NCBI GenBank assembly: GCA_946965045.2
Contig: OX337229.1
Location: 806,001 to 870,000, forward strand
Reading direction: 5' to 3'
Source of the DNA: Epithemia pelagica
Taxonomy: Eukaryota > Protista > Bacillariophyta
DNA length: 64,000 bases
The notes beneath the pieces are model-generated. The model did no database searches, was not told the origin of the DNA, and worked only from the letters and a program-made list of their open reading frames with translations. Within the stretch, counting starts at the first letter, position 1. Every line of letters begins with the position of its first letter. The translations under genes and the position numbers were made by a program. Positions 1 through 10,466 of the stretch are shown here, piece by piece.

Positions 1-664
1 GATCCACACGAACAACAGTGCTGAAGCGTCGAAGCCAACATTGGAATCACATGGATGCTCTGTCATTTCTCTCCTTCAGGGACTCGCCGGCGTTCGTTCG
101 GGTTGAGATTTACAGTACGAAACCTGGGGCTCGACAAAAGGATGAGCCTTTAGGCGCCATGTTGTGAATGACCTAGTGTCAAGTCACTGGCAGATTTTGA
201 AAGCGGCTTGTTGGCGTAGATGACGGTGAAAGAACCACCTCCTACATTAACAATTTAGACATTTTAGAGGTTCATCTCTGAGCAACCTAGGTAGGTAGTA
301 AAAGACGAATGCTCAGCCGTTCGGTCATCATCGTCTAGCGTTTGTAGTTCTCCGCTGGTCTCCCTCCATGCATCGACAATCGACAGACATGTACGAAATC
401 CGAAATCCGAAATCCGAATACCACAAGCCGGGAGAAGCTTCCGGTAGCAGACTTAGCAAGCCCTTTCAACATTCGGCAGACGTGTCCTGAATATGTCTCA
501 ATGAAAAACGCAGTAGGGGATACTTATGGACCATCAATAATCGTTTCAATTTCGCCTCATATCGATGAAGAACAGGAGGAATTAGGGTTGAAAATTCGGG
601 TACGTCATCATAACAGTATCTCCAAGAAAGCTAGAGGGGAGCTCTAGGAGTAAAGTAGAGCAAC

Positions 665-788
665 TGGCTAACGCCAACTTTGTTGCGTGCTACCTTCGAC
701 CGTTCTTAGCACGGCAACCAGAGAGGAGGAGATGTATGCTGGGCGAAATGAAAAACTATGAGCCCAACCTTGCTACCTCTCCTAAAGG
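665..788 (-). repeat. Split direct repeat B2 (124 bp)
   Basis: TGGCTAACGCC...CCTAAAGG, identical to 946-1069. Confidence 0.95.
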
Positions 789-806
789 AGGGCGGGCTGA
801 GGCGGG

Positions 807-946
807 CTTAATCTATTCTATCGAACGGTCTCTCGCGACGGCAAGAAAGAATGAGACCAGGCACAAGGAAGAAAAGGAAGAGTGTGTGACACGGCGTGCG
901 CGCGAGCCCGTGCACAGTCCGTCTGTCGTCCACACACAACATCAAT
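807..946 (-). repeat. Split direct repeat A2 (140 bp)
   Basis: CTTAATCTATTC...CATCAAT, identical to 14947-15086. Confidence 0.95.
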
Positions 947-1069
947 GGCTAACGCCAACTTTGTTGCGTGCTACCTTCGACCGTTCTTAGCACGGCAACC
1001 AGAGAGGAGGAGATGTATGCTGGGCGAAATGAAAAACTATGAGCCCAACCTTGCTACCTCTCCTAAAGG
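946..1069 (-). repeat. Split direct repeat B1 (124 bp)
   Basis: Identical to 665-788; abuts A2 sharing one T. Confidence 0.95.
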
Positions 1070-1184
1070 CCCATGTTGGTGGGCCAACGAAGACGTGGAG
1101 GGACGGGAGACATCGGAGGTGTGGGATTTGAATGTTTTGGTGAAGAAGGAAAGAAGATGAAGGATGGAGTACGACGGAGGAGTG

Positions 1185-2363
1185 CTAAAGGGAGTGTTGA
1201 ATGGTGTCATGGGGGACACTGTCGAGGAGCGAGTCAACGGATGCAGGTGTGGTGGCTCCTTGCGCGAGGGTGAAGGCGCCATGTTCGACCATGGTGGCGG
1301 CCAATCGCCGGATGATGGGCAGTGTTTGTGCGTGTAAGTAACGGAACATGGCGTCGGAGCGCCAGCGGCCCACAAGCTTGATGTGGTCAGAGTCAACGCG
1401 GCCACAAAGGAGTGCCATGGCACCTCCCGAACGGAGGCTGCGGGCTTGGAGACGCGTTGGGGCGATGCCCGGAACGGGATGGGCGGAAGCGGTGGAACGA
1501 AGAAGGGACGTGATCATCGCGGACGTAATGAGATAGGTATGATCGGAATGACGGGAGGGCGCAGTGCAGAGTGGGTCGGTCGGTGAGATTTGGTGTTGTC
1601 GAAGGGCGGCAAGCAGACGAGCAAGGGCGCAGGTGGGGCAAGCAACTGGGTGGCCACTGAGGCCGTGAGCGATGATCTCACCGCGTTGACGGTTTTTCTG
1701 TGTGTCGAATGTGATCGTGGAGGATGTGGCGCGGAAGAGGTCGTCCACGGGGCATGAGAAGATGTCGAGGGAACGGTTGTCGATGGACAAGGTGATGTTG
1801 GTGCCGCGGAGGGGGGCATTGTCGTAGGTGTGACAGTATTCGCCTGGTCGTAGCAGGTAGAAGTAGGCGACCCAAATAAGGTTCATCATGATGTGGATGG
1901 ATGGATCCAGGGCATTGTCGGCAATTGTTTGGGTGTGGTGCAGCAGTTGGATGGGTACTGGGGGTACGCGTTCGGGGGGCGGGTCGATGTTGCGCATCCC
2001 TTTTAGTTGCTGGGAGAGGCGGAGATCGATGGATCCGAAGGTGTTGAGGCGCGGGTCTTGGGCCCCCAGTGCGATAAACGTTTTTGCAACTGCGAGTAGG
2101 TCGTCAGCAACGGTGTCAGCTTTGACCGGTTGGCCGCTGCCACGGATGCGGGTTGCGAACACTTGAAGAATTGGGATCTTGTCTTGGTGCGTTGCGAGTA
2201 GGGGGTCAAGCTGGAGCGAGTGACAGAAGGGTGTCCACGTGGCGGACCAAATACGGTCTTGGGCGGCGGCACGGCTGGCTGAAACGGAGTGACGTGCCGT
2301 TTCCCGAGCAGTGCAGAGATCACGGAGGAAAGAGTTTCGCTGTTTGGGTGGTGAAGCTGCCAA
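1185..2363 (-). CDS. Tyrosine recombinase (YR) of the retroelement
   Basis: YFYLLRPGEY (Arg I), CPTCAL, ARSLRSGGA (RxxR in place of HxxR), GRWRSDAMFRYLH (Trp, catalytic Tyr). Overlaps the 3' end of pol in another frame. No AUG until 1997. Confidence 0.9.
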   Translation of the reverse strand: MAASPPKQRNSFLRDLCTARETARHSVSASRAAAQDRIWSATWTPFCHSLQLDPLLATHQDKIPILQVFATRIRGSGQPVKADTVADDLLAVAKTFIALGAQDPRLNTFGSIDLRLSQQLKGMRNIDPPPERVPPVPIQLLHHTQTIADNALDPSIHIMMNLIWVAYFYLLRPGEYCHTYDNAPLRGTNITLSIDNRSLDIFSCPVDDLFRATSSTITFDTQKNRQRGEIIAHGLSGHPVACPTCALARLLAALRQHQISPTDPLCTAPSRHSDHTYLITSAMITSLLRSTASAHPVPGIAPTRLQARSLRSGGAMALLCGRVDSDHIKLVGRWRSDAMFRYLHAQTLPIIRRLAATMVEHGAFTLAQGATTPASVDSLLDSVPHDTIQHSL

Positions 2364-2919
2364 GGTTCGATCTGTGGATATGCAGTGTCAAAGTGGGTGA
2401 GAAGGGCGGTGTCAGAGTATGTGACGAAACGGGAAGCGTCGTCGGCAAGGAGATTTTGGTCCCCGGGTAGATAGGTAACCACGTGCTGGTAGCGGTGGTG
2501 TCGTTGATGGAGGCTGGCAAGGCGTAGGAGGTAGGCCGCTGGGCCGGTGGTGGTGACACTGCCCCGGTGGTTCCAGGCGACGGCGCACGTGTTGTCGGAG
2601 CCTGTGGCGAGGGTTGTTTCGCGGATGTCGCAGGCGGATGCCAATGTGTCGGCATGGAGCAAGGAGGCGGCCATTTCGAGGTCGTTGATGGTTATGGTGC
2701 CGTCGGGGTTGTAGGGGGTTTGGAGGTGGGGACGAAGCTCGGGCGGAATGGGGACACGCCAAACTATGGGAGGGTGTGGAGGATGGCGTAGAGATGGGGA
2801 GGATGGCGGCAGCCAGACGCCACCCATGCCCAGCAGGCTAGCATCACATGTGCCAACGAAGGAGGGTGTTTGTTGGACGACTTCGGCAATGCGAGTGGGT
2901 CGATTGGCGAGGTAGGAGG
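2003..2919 (-). CDS. RNase H and C-terminal part of the retroelement pol (downstream of the Copia insertion)
   Basis: GTCDASLLGMGGVW, TINDLEMAA, GSDNTCAVAW, NLLADDASR (DIRS-type RNase H). Removing the Copia plus one GGAGG rejoins ...VLAS|YLANRP in frame with the RT part. Confidence 0.9.
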
Positions 2920-3677
2920 TGTTAGGATTCTCACCGAAAACTAGGTGGTGAAACCTACAACTCATCGAATGATGCTAGTATTTTATGGCATCCGATGACA
3001 TTTTCCTAAAAGTGAGAAAAGAATGTCGGCATGCTCGCGAAACTATAAATTTGGCCACGGCATGCTCGCAGTGCACGCGTTATCGGCGACCGCTCGGATA
3101 TTAACTATGGCCCAACACGTGCGCGCCCAAAACTATCAAGTGCGCGCCTCTACTATCCGAGTACGCGCATCCACGATTCGACCTAACGGTCTATGTAATC
3201 AAAGCACGAATCACGATCACGCGAGACCATATCTCTGTTCCCACAAATCCAAGAATGCAAACAGCAACGCGCCCAGGACAAGACTTATACCACGACAAAG
3301 CAAGAGCTGTTGCATCCCATACATGTTATCCATCACCCTATACATTCAATACACACCAATGCCGGTCTACTCCAACCAGTGAGGACCTATCACACCAGAT
3401 CCATGGCCGTATACAAGAGCCAGGACTTCGGCACCATCAACCACCTTAGTTAGTAATCGTCTCACAATCATTAATATCACCATTTTAACACTCATCTTAA
3501 GACTAACCTCTTATCAGTGGACCGACTGCCCCCACCCACGGCGGACTTTGACTTGCAACTCTTCTCTGACCCGTGGAGGATTGTTGTATCGGTTGGTGAT
3601 TCGATTGTCGGCTCAGCGAGCCTTTTACCTATCCTACCTATCTGTCTAACCCCTGTTGAATCGAGAGAAGTTTATCA
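2920..3677 (+). repeat. 5' LTR (758 bp)
   Basis: TGTTAGG...TTTATCA; no difference from the 3' LTR found by eye. Confidence 0.97.
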
Positions 3678-3694
3678 GATTAACAGTCTCATCG
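3678..3694 (+). other. Putative primer-binding site complementary to the anticodon arm of tRNA-Asn(GUU) (half-tRNA type)
   Basis: GATTAACAGTCTCA directly after the LTR; its reverse complement TGAGA-CTGTTAA-TC matches the geometry of tRNA positions 27-40. Confidence 0.55.
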
Positions 3695-3715
3695 TTTATT
3701 TCCGAGAAGCTTTCA

Positions 3716-4471
3716 ATGTCTCACGACGATTCCAACCTCTCTATTCGACACATCTTTCATTCCTTTCAACAAAGCGGGGAGGAACTCCATCCACCCGTGG
3801 CCCATCCGGGCGAGCCCTTGGTTGAAACTCCGAAACAGACCCCGACTCAGGCCAGTGCTCCGAATCCCTTCCAGACCCCGGACCAAGTGGTCCAGCCTCC
3901 TTCGATCCCGACTCAACCTTCGACTCCGCCTCGCCGTTTGAACCCTACTCGCACCCGACGTACGAGCCGTCTTCTTACTGCGCATATCCGACACTTCCGC
4001 GAGCCGACTGAGTCGACTACCGACCCCGACGTGATCCGTTCCACAACCGAACGCGAGATCGATTTCCAGTCCGTCCAACCCGTGACTGACCTTGAGGACA
4101 TCCAACGACTTCTCGACCTCTTGAACCAGTGCTCGAGACGCCGTTTCATTGTCCAAGCCCTGTTGGGCAACCCTGTGGAACCCATCCGTATTCGATTCAT
4201 CTCCTTCGAACGTCCAACCAACTACTTCCACACCATCTGGATCGTCAACTCGACGACGAATCCGCTACCTACCCCGACTACTCGTCTCGACGAGTACGTC
4301 TCCTTTGTTCACGAGATCCATCTCTGCCAGGATTTCCGTGCGACTATCTACCCTCTCTTCACTCAACACGTGAACCACTTGTTGGAAGACGACGACGTTG
4401 AAGAACTAGCCACTACAGTGACCGATTCCGCATCTCGTCTTCAGTACCGAGCCGAAAGTGACCAAGAATAA
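3716..4471 (+). CDS. Extra ORF (251 aa, unknown function) between the 5' LTR and gag
   Basis: ATG-initiated uninterrupted frame; Pro/Thr-rich N-half, globular-looking C-half, acidic tail. Confidence 0.65.
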   Translation: MSHDDSNLSIRHIFHSFQQSGEELHPPVAHPGEPLVETPKQTPTQASAPNPFQTPDQVVQPPSIPTQPSTPPRRLNPTRTRRTSRLLTAHIRHFREPTESTTDPDVIRSTTEREIDFQSVQPVTDLEDIQRLLDLLNQCSRRRFIVQALLGNPVEPIRIRFISFERPTNYFHTIWIVNSTTNPLPTPTTRLDEYVSFVHEIHLCQDFRATIYPLFTQHVNHLLEDDDVEELATTVTDSASRLQYRAESDQE

Positions 4472-4785
4472 GTAATTTTACGTAGTTTCTACACCAAACC
4501 AGACACAAGACCGAGTTCCGCACATCCGGGTACCCTTGGTCGCACAACACGCCACACATTCCCGTCAAATCGCGAAAATTCGGCGAAAATTTGTTGAAAC
4601 TCGGCGAAATTTTGTCGGAATCAACGGAAATTTCCAGGAGTCGCACATCACAACACACATCCGGGTATCACATACGTGGTACATACGTGGCACACGTGGT
4701 ACATCCGGGTTCACATCACATCACACATTAAATAAACCACATCACACCGCACATTAAATAAACATCGAACCAACCAAATAACATC

Positions 4786-6594
4786 ATGGAAGCGACACCT
4801 CCTAAGACACCGTTTACTCCTCCTGAGGACAAGTCAAGTCATATAACCAACCAAGATCTCTTCGACCATATAACTAAAGGCATCTTTGGTTGTAATGATG
4901 AACGAGCCCAATCACTTCAAAAGTGGATGCGACATCATGGTTTTGAACATATCCTTCATGTCCTCGACCATGTTGCAACTGATCCCGAGGAGACACTCAA
5001 GGATCTCATGCAATACAAGGTTGGAAAACAAGTCAACGACCTACAGACAAGTACAAGATTACAACTCAAACTAATGGCATATTGGTTACTACAACAACGG
5101 CAACTCCAACATGGAAAACTACCCCGTGCTACATGGATGAACCTCACGAGGGACCAATATGACGATTGGAGGATCAACACCGACTTTACCAAGTCTGGTA
5201 TGAACCAGGACCCAGTTTCTCCTCTGAAATCACCTGCACACTCCGTATCATCCCGATCTCCCACTACATCCTCTACAACATCTCAATCCATGTTAGATCT
5301 CTCTGCTTTCAAGAAAGGAACCAAAAGAGATGCAACAGCATTTGAATCATTCAAAGACAAACGATACTTTGATTCGTTTTGGCGTGTATTCAAATCAACT
5401 GCGAAAGCACAAGGATTGTCGAATGTTCTTGATTTCGATTACAAGGTACCCAAGGATGACGAATGCGCAGAGTTACTTTTCCGAGAACAACAAGTCTTTG
5501 TCTATTCTGTACTTGTACGTATTATCCAAACCGACCAAGGAAGAGCGTATGTTCGAGAACATGAACATGATGAAGATGCAAGAGCCGTCTTGAAGAAACT
5601 CCATGTTCTACACACTGAATCTGATCTAGCTAAGCGAGAAGTCTTACGCCTAACAAGCTACATTTCGAATCTTCGACTGGATGACTCTTGGCGTGGTACA
5701 ACTCGTCAGTTTCTCCTACATTTTCAAGAACAGCTACGACTTCTGGATAACCTTGTACCACTGTCGGATCGTATCCATGACCATACAAGGATGACCTTCC
5801 TTATGCAAGCTGTTGAAAAGGTACCTGATTTAAGACGAGTCAAGATCTTGGATAACGTTGTCAACACAAAATCTGGAGCCAAGTCTCTCTGTTATCAATC
5901 ATATTTCCGCCTGCTTCTTGATGCTGCTTTTGACCATGACCAAGCTACCCGAACTTCTGCGTCTAACCGCCGTCGTCATGTAAAGCAACATGAATTTCAG
6001 TTGGATGAACCTTTTGAACCAGTGGAGCCCCCTGACTACCAGATCAACAACACGAATATCCAATCTGAAAAGTCCCCAACTTCGTCGAAAATCAGCCTTC
6101 CAAGAGATGTATGGTTTAAACTCTCTGAAGAGGATCGGCAAATCATTGTCGACTTCAATAAATCCGTCCAAGATTCCCCGACAACTCCACGCAAGGTCCA
6201 AACACATTCTCTTGACATTGACCCTGAACCGGACCCTGATCCTAATGCCAACAACATTGGTGATACCCATCAAGATGCACCAGAACAAGACCCATTCGAT
6301 ACATCCTCTGATCCGGTACCCAGTTCGTACACCAGGCTATTGCATCGACAGATATCAATCATCCAGCATCTGACCTCAGCAACATTTTGTCAACTTCTAC
6401 GACAAAGTCAAGTCCTAAAGTCAAGTTCAAGTCTTCTGCCGATCACAAGCAAAAGGTTCATATGTCACGATATCTATTCTCCCGCAAATCCACCTTTTCT
6501 GGTAATCAACTCATCGATCGAGGTGCCAATGGAGGCCTTGCAGGATCTGACATGCGTATCCTTGCCAAAACCGGACGTCATATTACCATCGTAG
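4786..6594 (+). CDS. Copia Gag (3' part after ~6310 probably out of frame)
   Basis: KKGTKRDATAF...YFDSFWRVF...AKAQGLSNVLD, typical of diatom CoDi gag; the pol frame opens at 6312 and carries HPASDLSNILS. Confidence 0.88.
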   Translation: MEATPPKTPFTPPEDKSSHITNQDLFDHITKGIFGCNDERAQSLQKWMRHHGFEHILHVLDHVATDPEETLKDLMQYKVGKQVNDLQTSTRLQLKLMAYWLLQQRQLQHGKLPRATWMNLTRDQYDDWRINTDFTKSGMNQDPVSPLKSPAHSVSSRSPTTSSTTSQSMLDLSAFKKGTKRDATAFESFKDKRYFDSFWRVFKSTAKAQGLSNVLDFDYKVPKDDECAELLFREQQVFVYSVLVRIIQTDQGRAYVREHEHDEDARAVLKKLHVLHTESDLAKREVLRLTSYISNLRLDDSWRGTTRQFLLHFQEQLRLLDNLVPLSDRIHDHTRMTFLMQAVEKVPDLRRVKILDNVVNTKSGAKSLCYQSYFRLLLDAAFDHDQATRTSASNRRRHVKQHEFQLDEPFEPVEPPDYQINNTNIQSEKSPTSSKISLPRDVWFKLSEEDRQIIVDFNKSVQDSPTTPRKVQTHSLDIDPEPDPDPNANNIGDTHQDAPEQDPFDTSSDPVPSSYTRLLHRQISIIQHLTSATFCQLLRQSQVLKSSSSLLPITSKRFICHDIYSPANPPFLVINSSIEVPMEALQDLTCVSLPKPDVILPS

Positions 6595-9500
6595 GTATTG
6601 ACAATCATGAATTGACTGGCCTTCCAGTTGTTACCTGTGCTGCCAAGTTTGATACAAGTGATGGACCCATTATTGGTATCTTCAATGAGTATGCCCACTA
6701 TGGAAAGGGTTTATCTATCCATGCCCCAGCGCAATTTGAACATTTTGGCCTATCTGTCGACGAACGATCCGTCAAGGTTGATGGCAAACAACGCATTACT
6801 ACCCTTGATGGACGCGCATTGCCCTTACGAATCAAGGATGGCCTTGCATACATTCAATCTCTGGGAATCCCTTCTGATGACGATATGGATAAATATCCGC
6901 ATATTGTGTTCACTTCACCCCATATCTGGGATCCTTCTGTACTTGACCATACCCATCCAGACCCCCATCAAGACCCTGCACCGAACTGGACATCTGTGGA
7001 GACTGATGGTAGTATGGAAACGTACCCCTATGACCAATATGGGGAGTATACCGATCGCGTTGTATGCACTTTGAATCTCCTCCTTGATCTCCCATATGAT
7101 CATGGCCCCGATACGCCTTCCTTCTTTTCCATCTATGCTGATCAAGATGGCAACGACCCCACACTTCATGCGTCTGTCCACAAACTCTACAAGGAACAAT
7201 ACGACTGGAAGAAATTTCGCCCTTTCTTTGGGTGGCAATCGGAAGACGTAATCGCCGATACGTTCAAGCATACAACTCGTCATGGACACATTTCCTTTGA
7301 CCAGGATACCTTGAAGAAACACTTTAAGGCCCGGAATCCTATCCTTAACCTCCCACGACGGCATGAACCCGTTGCCACTGACTCCATCTTCTCCGACACC
7401 CCGGCTGTTAACCATGGTGGCAAGATTGCTCAGATTTTTGTTGGTCGTGATACTTTGGTTACTGACATTTATGGTATCAAGTCTACCAAGCAATTCGTCA
7501 ATACCCTCCAGGATAACATTCGTACACGTGGCGTCATGGAGACTTTGATCAGTGATGGTGGTTTGTCACTTATTTCCCACAAGGTCAAGGATATTCTTCG
7601 CACCCTTCTGATTGGTGAATACCGTTCCGAGCCCTATCATCAACACCAGAACAAAGCTGAGAACCGCTACCAGACCGTTAAGCGTATGACCAATGCTATC
7701 ATGAATGCCTCCGGTTGCCCTGCTTCTGCATGGTTACTTTGTTTAGAATATGTGTGTGACCTCCTCAATCACACTTCCTCTCCCACCCACTCTGGCCGCA
7801 CCCCTCTTGAGGCTCTTACCGGTACCCCACCCGACATTACCCATCTCCTTTTCTTTCCTTTCTGGGATGAGGTCTACTATCGTGTCGACCCTTCTGAACC
7901 TACCTCCGGTTCTTACCCTTCGTCTCCCGACGAGAAGATTGGCCACTGGGTTGGTTTTGCCCACAATGTTGGTGATGCCTTTACTTGGAAGATCCTCACT
8001 GCCGACAGCGTCATCATCTACCGTTCCGCTGTCCGTCGCGTTGCCTCCACTACCCCCAACCTTCGTGTGGATATCTCTTCAGGGGAGGAGTCGCCGCATA
8101 AACCCACTGACAAGCAAGGTGACACTGTCTTTATTCGCAGCAGAAGTGAAGACCCATCCACACCTATGCCAACAATTGACTACGACGATTTAGTTGGACG
8201 CACATTCCTTTGTGACACTGAAGAGAATGGGGAGCGCCACCGAGCACGAGTAATCAAACGAGTTGTCGACCTGGAACAAGATGCAACCAAACAAGAAGAT
8301 CGACTCAAATATATCTTTCGCAAGTCTAACTCCAATGTTGATGAGATGATCTCCTACAACCAGCTCATGGAATACATTGAAAGGGATAATCAAGCCCAAA
8401 CGACAGGGGATAGTCTCTTCCGATTCAGAGACGTTATTGCACACCAAGGACCTTTGAACTCAAGCGACCCAGACTATAAAGGGAGTAAATATAATGTCCT
8501 TGTTGATTGGGAGACTGGGGAGACGACATACGAACCTCTATCTCTTATTGCAAATGATGACCCCATCACAGTCGCCATCTATGCCAAGAAAAATGGTTTG
8601 CTGGATCTACCTGGATGGAAACATCTCAAGCGATACGTCAAGACAAGCAAAAGACTCATTCGAGCAGCTAAACAATCCAGGATCAAACAAGTTCGTCGCT
8701 CTATCAAGTACAAGTTTGGTTTCCAAGTACCTCGCACCTATGAAGAAGCAGTGGAACTAGACAAGCAATTTGGGAACACGAAATGGCAAGACGCAACAGA
8801 ATTGGAACTCTCACAGATCCAATCGTATAACACTTTCAAGGACCATGGAAAAGCCAAGTTCATTAATGGAAAATTGGCCAATGCACCAGAAGGATATCAT
8901 AAGATAAGAGTACATCTGGTCTTTGATGTCAAGCATGACGGAAGGCACAAGGCACGACTTGTCGCAGATGGACATCTCACCAAGGAACCCGTTGAGACCA
9001 TCTATTCAGGGGTTGTCTCCATTTGCAACCTTCGCATTGCCATATTTCTTGGAACCATGAACGACATGGAAATATGGGGAGCAGATATTGGGAACGCATA
9101 CCTAGAAGCATTGACAGGAGAGAAGATTTTCATCATTGCAGGACCAGAGTTCAAGGAGTTAGAAGGACATATCTTGATCATCTACAAGACATTATATGGT
9201 CTTAAATCCTCAGGTGCTCGCTGGCATGACAAACTGTTTGATGTTCTCATTGATATGGGATTTTCTCCAAGCAAGGCTGACCCTGATATCTGGATGAAGA
9301 AGGCTCCTGGAGAAGACTGTTATGAATATATCGCTGTATATGTTGATGACTTAGCTATCGTTGCCATGGACCCTGAAGCTGTCTGCAAGATCTTTACAGA
9401 CAAATACAACTTCAAACTCAAAGGAGTCGGACCTATCGAGTATCATTTGGGGTGTCGTTATACCACAGATCCAGACGGTACACTTGTGTCTGACCCACGA

Positions 9501-10466
9501 AGGTACATCGAGAAGATGATGGATACCTATGAGCGATTGTTCAATGAGAAACCCAAGAAAGCAAAGCCGCCAGTCATTGCTAACGATCATCCTGAACTCG
9601 ATGACTCTGAGCTCTTAGATGAAGAAGGGACCCAGCATTTCCAGACTCTTATTGGACAACTGCAATGGCTAATTACCATTGGCCGTTTTGATGTCTTTCC
9701 TGCTACCATGACTCTATCAAGGTTCAGAGCTGCTCCAAGGATTGGTCATTTGAAGCGAGCTAAACGCATCTATGGATACCTCATGTCATTTCCTGATGGG
9801 TCTATCAGATTCCGCACTGGGGAGCCAGATTTATCAGCTTTACCTATCCAAGAATACGATTGGAGTCGCACCGTATACATGGACGCCAAGGAACGTATCC
9901 CTGAGGACTGTCCAACCCCACTTGGGCGTTTTGTGACAACTATACATTATGTCGACGCAAATCTCATGCATGATATGGTTACTGGGAAAGCAGTTACAGC
10001 CATCCTGCATTTTGTAAATGGTACACCCGTGGACTGGTACAGTAAGCGACAAGCCACAGTGGAAACAGCCACGTATGGATCTGAATTTGTTGCCGCAAGG
10101 ACTGCAGTTGATCAGATCACGGAGCTACGCCTTACACTCTGATACTTGGGAGTCCCTCTGCGAGAGAAGAGTTACATGTTTGGAGACAACCGCTCTGTCG
10201 TTATCAATAGCACCACACCACACTCAATCATCTCCAAGAGGCACCATCTCCTATCCTATCACCGAGTCCGTGAAGCTATCGCTGCAAAGTACGTCGCATT
10301 CTACTGGAAAGATGGAAAGACAAACCCAGCTGATATCCTCAGCAAACATTGGGAATTCGCCGCAGTTTGGCCCATGCTCAGATCTTTGTTATTCTGGAGA
10401 GGAAAAATCCAGGAAAGTGATGAGGGAATTGACAATCCTCATTTGACGAATTGTGGGGAGTGTTAG
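6312..10466 (+). CDS. Copia Pol (protease, integrase, chromo-like segment, RT, RNase H) with an in-frame TGA at 10140-10142
   Basis: LIDRGANGG (PR); VATDSIF, LISDGG, QNKAENRYQ (IN DDE); YVDDL (RT); YVDANLMHD, YGSEFVAA, MFGDN, NPADILSK (RH). ELRLTL*YLGVP is an expected CGA changed to TGA. Confidence 0.93.
10449..10460 (+). other. Polypurine tract region
   Basis: ...GTGGGGAG immediately before the 3' LTR. Confidence 0.7.

Noticed and set aside
396-420. (GAAATCC)3 short repeat, and GAGATTT repeats near 62437
   Set aside because: Simple short tandem repeats with no spacer structure; not a CRISPR array.
3023-3382. 119-aa ORF inside both LTRs (also 10564-10923), plus smaller LTR ORFs
   Set aside because: No recognisable domain; the duplication only reflects LTR identity.
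6312-6594. Programmed -1 frameshift between Copia gag and pol
   Set aside because: I scanned the overlap in the gag frame and found no X XXY YYZ site, so it is treated as a lesion.
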